DNA of 64,000 bases from an uncultured bacterium (GTDB lineage Bacteria; Acidobacteriota; Vicinamibacteria; Vicinamibacterales; UBA8438). The stretch lies in the NCBI GenBank assembly GCA_963934795.1, contig CAWWAF010000005.1, forward strand, positions 5,112-69,111. Reading direction: 5' to 3'. Numbering within the stretch: the stretch's first letter is position 1; each line of letters begins with the position of its first letter. This document shows positions 57,027-64,000 of the stretch, one piece after another. Below the pieces are notes generated by a model. It made no database searches. It had not been told where the DNA came from and saw only the letters and a list, made by a program, of their open reading frames with translations. The position numbers were made by a program, and so were the translations under genes.

Positions 57027-58037
57027 CTAAGCCGTCCTGGGACGGCCCTTGATGTGGACACCCTCGTCCTGGATCGTCTTGTTCAACAGACTTGCGCACG
57101 CATAGACCGCGCGCAACGTCGGCACCTCTACGCCGGTGATCTCGGCCAGTTCGACGACGACGCCCAGCATCCCGTCGATCTCGAGGGGCTTCCCTGCCTC
57201 GACATCTTGCAGCATCGAGGTCTTGTGTCTACCGACGCTTTCGGCGCCGGCGATCCGACGCTCCATCGGCACACGGAAGCTGGCGCCCAAGCGTTCGGCA
57301 ATCGTCTTCGCCTCGGTCATCATGGTCGCCGCCAGCGCCCTGGACAGTGGGAACTGACAGATATCCACCAGCGTCGCGTGCGTCAGTGCGCTGATGGGAT
57401 TGAAGGTCAGGTTCCCCCAAAGTTTCAGCCAAATCTCGGACCGGATGTCGTCGAGCACGCGAGCCTTGAACCCACCCTCCCCGAACAAGGCGGATACCAT
57501 GGCCACCCGGTCGGATGCGCTACCGTCGAGTTCACCGACCGGGAAGCGGTTCCCTTCGATGTGCTGGATGACGCCGGGCTCAGCCACGGTGGCGGCCGGA
57601 TACGCGATACAGCCAACCACCTGATTCGGATCGATCGCGTTGAACAGCACGCCGCCCGGATCGACGGTCTCGACCACACGGCCGGCATACGGCCCGCCCA
57701 GCTTCTGGAAGTACCACCAGGGGATCCCGTTCTGGAGCGTCACGAGCACCGTCTCGGGGCCAACGATAGCTGGCAGGTCCTGAACAACCGCCGCAATCTG
57801 GTGCGCCTTGAGCGCGAGCAGTACGACATCCTGCGTGCCCAAATCTGGAATGGTGTCGGTCGCGGTCAGTGTCGTCGCTACCAGTTCCTGGTCGCCCTCC
57901 AGCAAGGTCAGGCCCTTGGCCCGAATGGCCGCCAGGTGTGGCCCCCGGGCGATTGCCGACACCTCGTGCCCGGCGTGCGCAAGCCGCACCGCCATATACC
58001 CACCGATGGCTCCCGCCCCTACGACGCACACTTTCAT
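57027..58037 (-). CDS. Ketopantoate-reductase family protein (PanE2-like, possible oxalyl-CoA reductase)
   Basis: VVGAGAIGG, LQNGIPWWYF, EIWLKLWGNLTFNPISALT, HKTSMLQDVEAG; directly downstream of frc. Confidence 0.85.
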   Translation of the reverse strand: MKVCVVGAGAIGGYMAVRLAHAGHEVSAIARGPHLAAIRAKGLTLLEGDQELVATTLTATDTIPDLGTQDVVLLALKAHQIAAVVQDLPAIVGPETVLVTLQNGIPWWYFQKLGGPYAGRVVETVDPGGVLFNAIDPNQVVGCIAYPAATVAEPGVIQHIEGNRFPVGELDGSASDRVAMVSALFGEGGFKARVLDDIRSEIWLKLWGNLTFNPISALTHATLVDICQFPLSRALAATMMTEAKTIAERLGASFRVPMERRIAGAESVGRHKTSMLQDVEAGKPLEIDGMLGVVVELAEITGVEVPTLRAVYACASLLNKTIQDEGVHIKGRPRTA

Positions 58038-58045
58038 GTCGGCCT

Positions 58046-59290
58046 CTATACGGCGCCGTCGGCCTTTGCCGCGGCAATGGCGTCCAGGTCCATTCCCAGC
58101 ACGCCGCCGAGTACTTCGTCCGTATGCTCTCCGAGAAGCGGCGAGCGCTTCACGTCGACGGGGGAATCTGACAATTTGATGGGATTGCCGACGCTCAGAT
58201 ACGCCCCCCTGGTCGGGTGATCGACTTCAACGATGGTCCCGGTTTCCCGCAATGACGGTTCCTGCGACAGCTCTTTCATTGACAGCACCGGCCCACAGGG
58301 CACGTTCAAGGGGTTCAAGATGGCCATGACCTCGAACTTCTCCTTGGTCTGGGTCCATTTCTCGATCTCATTGAACATGGTGTCGATCTTCGGGAGCCGG
58401 GCCGCCGGGGTGTTCCAATCGGGATCGTCCAACCAATCCTCACGGCCCACCGCCCGCGCCAGACCAGCAAACGCGGCCGCCTGGGCAATCACGTAGATGT
58501 ACGCATCCGGATCCGTTTCCCATCCTTTGCACTTGACGATCCACCCCGGCTGGCCACCACCAGACGCGTTGCCGGCCCGCGGGGTCGCCTCCCCAAACGT
58601 GCCATTGGGATACTGGGGGTACTCCGTCAGCGGCCCGTGCGCAAGCCGCTGTTGGTCTCGCAACTTGACCCGACACAAATTGAGCACTCCGTCCTGCATG
58701 GCACACACGACCTTTTGGCCACGACCGCTCTTCTCTCGTTGGAACAACGCGGTCACGATGCCGAGGGCCAAATGCAGTCCCGTCCCGCTGTCACCAATCT
58801 GGGCGCCCGTCACGACCGGAGGACCGTCGGGGAACCCGGTGGTGCTGGCACCGCCACCGGTGCACTGAGCGACGTTCTCATACACCTTGCAGTCTTCATA
58901 CGGACCAGGACCGAACCCCTTGATCGATGCGTAGATGATGCGCGGGTTGATCTCCTGGATACGCTCCCAGGAAAACCCCATCCGGTCGAGCGCGCCCGGG
59001 GCAAAGTTCTCAGCTAGGACGTCGCACTCTTGAATCAGCTTGGTGAAGATCGCCTTCCCGCTGTCGTGCTTGGTATTGAGCGTGATGCTTCGTTTGTTGT
59101 GGTTGAGCATCGTGAAATACAAGCTGTCGACATCCGGAATGTCCCGCAACTGGCTTCGAGTCGCGTCACCCGACCCCGGACGTTCAACCTTGATCACGTC
59201 AGCGCCGAACCACGCCAGTAGCTGCGTGCATGTCGGGCCCGACTGCACGTGGGTCATGTCGAGTATCCGTACTCCCTCGAGAGCTTTCAT
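58046..59290 (-). CDS. frc: Formyl-CoA:oxalate CoA-transferase
   Basis: [65 protein letters not shown] glycine loop. Confidence 0.93.
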   Translation of the reverse strand: MKALEGVRILDMTHVQSGPTCTQLLAWFGADVIKVERPGSGDATRSQLRDIPDVDSLYFTMLNHNKRSITLNTKHDSGKAIFTKLIQECDVLAENFAPGALDRMGFSWERIQEINPRIIYASIKGFGPGPYEDCKVYENVAQCTGGGASTTGFPDGPPVVTGAQIGDSGTGLHLALGIVTALFQREKSGRGQKVVCAMQDGVLNLCRVKLRDQQRLAHGPLTEYPQYPNGTFGEATPRAGNASGGGQPGWIVKCKGWETDPDAYIYVIAQAAAFAGLARAVGREDWLDDPDWNTPAARLPKIDTMFNEIEKWTQTKEKFEVMAILNPLNVPCGPVLSMKELSQEPSLRETGTIVEVDHPTRGAYLSVGNPIKLSDSPVDVKRSPLLGEHTDEVLGGVLGMDLDAIAAAKADGAV

Positions 59291-59471
59291 CGCGTTCTCC
59301 GTAGGATGGTCGTATTCTATGAACTGCGGCCCCACATTATGGCACCGACCGGTGACGGACGACAGCCGCGACGCGACGGCCTACGCCGACGCCGTAACCG
59401 GCCCTTGGACGACCCACGAACCCGAACATGCGGCACTCCGCGATTCTTCGTCGTGGCCGGCGACGTCCCCT

Positions 59472-59756
59472 CTACCCTCGATCCATCGGTAGCCCTATAA
59501 CGAACACAGCCCCGCCGGCATCATCAGAATCGGCAGTGAGCGTGCCGCTATGCATTTCCACCACGCGGCGGGCCGTGGCCAGTCCCAACCCGCTGCCTCG
59601 GTGCTTGGTCGTAACGAACGGTTCGAACAGGCAGTGTCGAATCTCGGGGTCGATGCCAGGGCCATGGTCGCGAACCCGAATCTCGCAGCCGGTCGCCATG
59701 ACGCCAAGGCACACACCGGCGACGCCGCCCAACCACCTGCCGCCCTCATGCCTCAT
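59472..59756 (-). pseudogene. Orphan histidine-kinase ATPase fragment fused to a lipoprotein-like signal peptide (94 aa)
   Basis: MRHEGGRWLGGVAGVCLGVMATG-C followed directly by EIRVRDHGPGI...LFEPFVTTK..GSGLGLA...HSG; no H-box or N-box. Confidence 0.65.
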
Positions 59757-59891
59757 CCTGGTCCCCCTCTGGAGTCCCCATTCTAGTGCGCAGTCACCGT
59801 CGAGCGTGCGACGGTCGAATCGGCGCCGCAGTCGGCTGACCGGGCGAGACTCAGGCGCGCGTCGTATACTGGCGCGGCGGTCGTTCCGGTC

Positions 59892-61043
59892 ATGCTCATC
59901 TGCCAGAAATCCCATTTCGCCCTGCCTCCCGGGGTGCACTATCTGAACTGCGCCTACATGGCGCCGCTCGCGCACGCGGTCCGATCGGCTGGCATCGCCG
60001 GTATCGATCGGCGCGCGACGCCACACCTGATTCGTCCCCGCGATTTCTTTGAGGAGAGCGACGTGGTCCGGTCCCTCTTCTCGCGGATCGTCAACGCTCC
60101 GGATCCCAATCGCATCGCGATCGTGCCGTCTGTCTCCTACGGCCTCGCCACCGTCGCACGGAATGTGCGTGCCACCGCGGGTGACAACATCGTGGTGCTG
60201 GAGGAGCAGTTCCCCAGCAACGTCTACGCCTGGCGACGGCTCTGCGCCGAGCAGGGCCTCACGCTTCGGACCGTTGCGTCGCCTCCGCACCAGCACAGCG
60301 GACGCGCCGCCGAATGGAACGCTCGCGTGCTGACGGCAATCGACCGTCGGACCGCGGTGGTCGCTCTCCCGCAGGTCCATTGGACGGACGGGACGCTGTT
60401 CGACCTGGAACGCGTGGGCCAGCGAGCCCGCGAGTGTCGTGCGCTCTTCGTGGTCGATGGCACCCAATCAGTGGGAGCGTTACCATTCGACACGCGACGG
60501 ATTCAACCGGACGCGCTGATCTGTGCCGGCTACAAGTGGCTGCTCGGTCCCTATTCGACCGGATTGGCCTACTACGGCCGAGCCTTCGACGATGGCACCC
60601 CTCTGGAAGAAGGCTGGATCACCCGGCGCGAAAGCGAGAACTTCGCCGATCTGGTTCGGTATCGAGATGACTATCAGGGCGCAGCCATCCGATACGACGT
60701 GGGTGAGCGCTCCAACTTCACGTTGCTGCCGATGCTGGCGGCCGCGCTCGAACTCGTCCTCCAGTGGACCGTGCCCGCGATTCAAGACTATTGCCGCAGT
60801 GTGTCGACCGAGGTGACCCAGACCTTGCGAGAGCGCGGGTACTGGGTTGAAGAGGACGAGTGGCGCGCCCCGCACCTGTTCGGCCTACGCCCGGCAGACG
60901 CAGGCAGCACCAACACCCTGTCAGACCGACTCGCGGCACGGGACGTAACGGTCTCACTGCGGGGTGACGCGATTCGGGTCTCTCCCCACCTCTACAACGA
61001 CTCCGGAGACGTCGAAGCCCTGTTGGACGCACTCGCGCTGTAA
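59892..61043 (+). CDS. PLP-dependent aminotransferase class V family enzyme
   Basis: YLNCAYMAP, QFPSNVYAW, VVDGTQSVGA, AGYKWLLGP, IRVSPHLYN. Confidence 0.88.
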   Translation: MLICQKSHFALPPGVHYLNCAYMAPLAHAVRSAGIAGIDRRATPHLIRPRDFFEESDVVRSLFSRIVNAPDPNRIAIVPSVSYGLATVARNVRATAGDNIVVLEEQFPSNVYAWRRLCAEQGLTLRTVASPPHQHSGRAAEWNARVLTAIDRRTAVVALPQVHWTDGTLFDLERVGQRARECRALFVVDGTQSVGALPFDTRRIQPDALICAGYKWLLGPYSTGLAYYGRAFDDGTPLEEGWITRRESENFADLVRYRDDYQGAAIRYDVGERSNFTLLPMLAAALELVLQWTVPAIQDYCRSVSTEVTQTLRERGYWVEEDEWRAPHLFGLRPADAGSTNTLSDRLAARDVTVSLRGDAIRVSPHLYNDSGDVEALLDALAL

Positions 61044-61052
61044 CGAGGGCGG

Positions 61053-61946
61053 TTACGGCCAGGGACGCGTCACCACGCGACTCGCAGGACCCAGCGCCTC
61101 CCCGAGCCGGAACGCCCGGCGGGTGCGCAAGTCGAACCGGTCACCGGCTTCAAGAAAATAGAATCGGCCGCCGGAGTCCAGTTGGCGCGCGTGGTCGTAG
61201 ATGGCCACGTAGCTACGTCCGATGACCTCGAACTCGTCGCCGCGCACGACAATCGCCGTATCTTCATCGAGCCCTATTCCCAGCAGCGCGGGGTGCGCCT
61301 CAACCACGCTGATGAGGTCGAACTGACGATTGCGTCGCAACAGGTGCTGATCGATGGCGGTGTCGCGCAGAAAGCCGAACCCGACGACGTGGTCGCCCAT
61401 CATGATGGTGTTGGTGGCAGAGTCGCCCCGGGCGAGATAGGAACCCAAAATCGTTGCCCCGGCCGAGGAGCCGCCCACAACGCCCCCGCGGCGTAAGACG
61501 TCACGGAGCGCCTCCTGCACGGCGGTATCAAGATACGCGTCGGCCAGCCGCCACTGCCGTCCACCCGGAAACCAGACCCCACGTGCGCGACGCAGCGGAG
61601 CCACGAACGACTCGCTGTTGGCCACGTCGCGGTCAGTCGTGTGCAATACCAGCAAATCGGTGGCGCCAAGGTCCCGGAACGGCTGCAGCCCCGGATACGA
61701 CTGGTCGTAGATCTCGCTACCACCCGCGGTCGGGATGACGACTATGGGCGCGTCGGGTCCGCCGGCCAGCCCGACAAACCGTTCGAGAATCGCCGGGTCG
61801 CGCAGACCACCGCCCACGACCACCAGCGTCCCGGCGGGAGGTCCGACGGTGGCAGTGGCCGTCTGCGCGCTCGACCCATCTGACACGGCAAGCGCCAGTC
61901 CCAGAACAGCCGCCATCCGCATGACGTACTTCGCGTCGGTGCTCAC
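61053..61946 (-). CDS. Cyanophycinase-like peptidase S51 with signal peptide
   Basis: LVVVGGG, IPTAG, WFPGGRQWRL, GGSSAGA nucleophile, IDQHLLRRNR, GIGLDEDTA. Confidence 0.85.
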   Translation of the reverse strand: MSTDAKYVMRMAAVLGLALAVSDGSSAQTATATVGPPAGTLVVVGGGLRDPAILERFVGLAGGPDAPIVVIPTAGGSEIYDQSYPGLQPFRDLGATDLLVLHTTDRDVANSESFVAPLRRARGVWFPGGRQWRLADAYLDTAVQEALRDVLRRGGVVGGSSAGATILGSYLARGDSATNTIMMGDHVVGFGFLRDTAIDQHLLRRNRQFDLISVVEAHPALLGIGLDEDTAIVVRGDEFEVIGRSYVAIYDHARQLDSGGRFYFLEAGDRFDLRTRRAFRLGEALGPASRVVTRPWP

Positions 61947-62061
61947 ATGTCACTCCTTCTGATAGAAATAATTGTATATCCCACATCCGAGCCGCCGGGT
62001 GCCATTCGAGATCTACTACAATGTGCGGGTTACTCCCTGCGCTGAGGCTGGAATTACACTT

Positions 62062-63753
62062 ATGCACGCGCTGAACCGATTCGTCTTCAGTGCCGTTCTC
62101 TTCACTCTGCTGACCCTGCCCAGACCGAGTTCGGCACAGCCCCCCGCCTCAAACGGGGTCCTCACGCTGTCTGCTGGTTCAGGTTCAGCCCTCACTGCGC
62201 TCCGCGAGGCTGACACGCTGGTCAATCAGCTGAGTCGCGACGGATCTCTGCGGGTCGTAGCGCTAGACGCTGACCCTCTGCTGGCCGACCGTGGCCACGA
62301 GCGGCTGCAGCAGTTTCACAACGGAATCCCGGTCTTCGGCGCGACTGTCACGCGCCAGACGTCGGGTGGCATTCCCGTCTCCGTGTTCGGCACCCTCCAC
62401 GTCGGCATCGCCCTGGAGACCACGCCGGCATTGTCAGCCGATGACGCCGCGCGCGTCGTGCAGGAACTGAGCGGCCGGACGCTGTTTCGCTCGGCCGCCC
62501 CCCAGCTGGTCGTCTTCCCGGACCGAGGCGGTGAGGGCGTGTACCGTCTGGTGTACGAGGCGCGGGCATTCACCGGCTCGCAGCTCATGGTCTATTTCGT
62601 TGACGCCGCGACGGGCACGCTGGTTTGGTCCTACAACGATCTCAAGACACAGCAGACTGTCCTGCCATGCTCGCGGTGCGTTATTGGCGAGGGGCTGGGG
62701 ATCAAGAGCGACCACAAAAAGATGAGCGTGACAGCCGTCGGCGGGGCGTTCTTCGCCCACGACCAGCTGCGCCCGGCTGAGGTCTTCACGTTCGACATGC
62801 GCGGCGATGTACAGCGCACCATGCAAGTCCTCGAGGGAACCGCGCCACTGTTCGACGCCGATCTCGCCACCGACACCGACAATCGATGGCTCGACGGCGC
62901 AAGCGTCGACGCCCACGTCGGCATGGGCTGGACACACGACTACCTGCTCAACCGCTTCAACCGCCAGAGCCTGAACAATGAAAATATGCGCCTGCTCAGT
63001 CTGGTCCACCCGGTCGACCGCGCCGACTTGCTCTCGGCGTCGCCAGAGGTGATCGGGTTGTTTTTTCTCAACGCATTCTATTGCGGACTCTGCGGCCCCG
63101 ATGGGGCAGGAGTCGCCGTCTTTGGCGAGGGGCTGCCGCCGAACATCCTGCTTGGCGGCCAGCGTTTTAACTTTTTTTCAGGCGCGCTCGATATCGTGGC
63201 CCACGAGCTGGCGCACGCAGTGACGGACTTCACCTCGGCGCTACTATATGTGGATGAGTCCGGCGCATTGAACGAGGCGTTCTCTGATTTCATCGGGGTC
63301 GGCACGGAGTTCTACGCGGAGTCTTTGTTCCGGGATGGAGCGGGCGCCGCAGAATACTCGCTTGGCGAGGACGTCATCGAACCAGGCGGGATCCGGTCGC
63401 TGGCCACGCCTCAGCAGTTCGGCGACCCAGACCACTACAGCTTGCGGTTCCTCGGTGAGTCCGACAACGGTGGCGTTCACACGAATTCGCTTATCCCCGG
63501 CCACGCGTTCTATCTCGCTATCGAGGGTGGCGTGAATCGGGTGTCGGGGCTGAGTGTCGCCGGCGTCGGCGCGCAGAATCGGGAACAGATCGAGCAGGTC
63601 TTCTTCCGAGCGTTCACCGTGCTACTGACGCGGAGTGCCGACTTTGCAGCGGCCCGGGTCGCCACGATCCAGTCGGCGCGCGACCTCTACGGTGCCAACA
63701 GCGCCGCGGAACTCGCCATTACGCAGGCCTGGACCGCCGTGGGCGTGAACTGA
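62062..63753 (+). CDS. Secreted M4 (thermolysin-family) metallopeptidase with propeptide
   Basis: Signal peptide; propeptide QFHNGIPVFG; NAFY, DIVAHELAHAVT, GALNEAFSD, DNGGVHTNS. Confidence 0.92.
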   Translation: MHALNRFVFSAVLFTLLTLPRPSSAQPPASNGVLTLSAGSGSALTALREADTLVNQLSRDGSLRVVALDADPLLADRGHERLQQFHNGIPVFGATVTRQTSGGIPVSVFGTLHVGIALETTPALSADDAARVVQELSGRTLFRSAAPQLVVFPDRGGEGVYRLVYEARAFTGSQLMVYFVDAATGTLVWSYNDLKTQQTVLPCSRCVIGEGLGIKSDHKKMSVTAVGGAFFAHDQLRPAEVFTFDMRGDVQRTMQVLEGTAPLFDADLATDTDNRWLDGASVDAHVGMGWTHDYLLNRFNRQSLNNENMRLLSLVHPVDRADLLSASPEVIGLFFLNAFYCGLCGPDGAGVAVFGEGLPPNILLGGQRFNFFSGALDIVAHELAHAVTDFTSALLYVDESGALNEAFSDFIGVGTEFYAESLFRDGAGAAEYSLGEDVIEPGGIRSLATPQQFGDPDHYSLRFLGESDNGGVHTNSLIPGHAFYLAIEGGVNRVSGLSVAGVGAQNREQIEQVFFRAFTVLLTRSADFAAARVATIQSARDLYGANSAAELAITQAWTAVGVN

Positions 63754-64000
63754 TGGCCGCGGTCCCGCTAGCCCGCGACGTCACGGTGTGCTCGCCAGGA
63801 GTTCTAGGAGCCAGACCGGTACGGACTCGGCCACCGACTTCCTCACGGCCGGGTGCCCTAATCGGATCCCTACTCTGGGTCATCGCAGGGGTGCTTGTGA
63901 CCGCACCGGCGACAACGGCTCAGCCTGCAACCGACCGGACCATCGTGCGACTGGACTCGGGCTGGCGACCAGCGTCACGGACCTTCGCGGACACGCGCCT
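63753..64000 (+). CDS. Partial exported protein running off the window end
   Basis: TGATG overlap with the M4 gene; frame stays open to 64000 and includes ALIGSLLWVIAGVLVTAPATTA-Q, a signal-like segment. Confidence 0.5.
   Translation, partial: MAAVPLARDVTVCSPGVLGARPVRTRPPTSSRPGALIGSLLWVIAGVLVTAPATTAQPATDRTIVRLDSGWRPASRTFADTR

Noticed and set aside
59472-60467. 331-aa ORF as a full histidine kinase
   Set aside because: Its N-terminal two thirds are antisense to the aminotransferase or intergenic and show no kinase motifs; only the last ~70 aa are HATPase-like
1-64000. Many long antisense or alternate-frame ORFs (e.g. 20959..22308, 47498..48619, 53904..55331, 57054..58220)
   Set aside because: They shadow well-supported genes, lack family motifs and are expected in high-GC DNA
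1-64000. CRISPR arrays, tRNA/rRNA genes, IS elements, prophage genes
   Set aside because: No repeat-spacer periodicity, cloverleaf signatures or transposase/integrase/phage motifs seen by eye; a covariance-model scan would be needed to exclude small RNAs

Overview
GC-rich bacterial chromosomal window with no rRNA, tRNA, CRISPR array or transposase that I can recognise. The gene families suggest Acidobacteriota (Vicinamibacterales-like), which is an inference. The first ~16 kb is housekeeping: recQ, a fatty-acid desaturase, amidase-GerMN-rph-rdgB, a complete pstSCAB-phoU-phoB-phoR operon and pyk. The remaining ~48 kb is dominated by exported, largely uncharacterised proteins: two convergent DUF1592(diheme)-DUF1552(Tat-like)-ankyrin cassettes, four PQQ quinoproteins, four paralogs of an unnamed secreted 'RC...ACHEGN' family, a heme c/copper-monooxygenase fusion with a coupled partner, signal-peptide-bearing HpcH aldolase and FkbM methyltransferase, several peptidases and a frc-panE2 oxalate module. 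The same Pho-box promoter sits upstream of pstS and of a decayed porin gene 11 kb away. Several promoters look leaderless. Three genes appear broken by internal deletions and one by a single-base frameshift. All assignments come from motif recognition by eye; no database searches were run.
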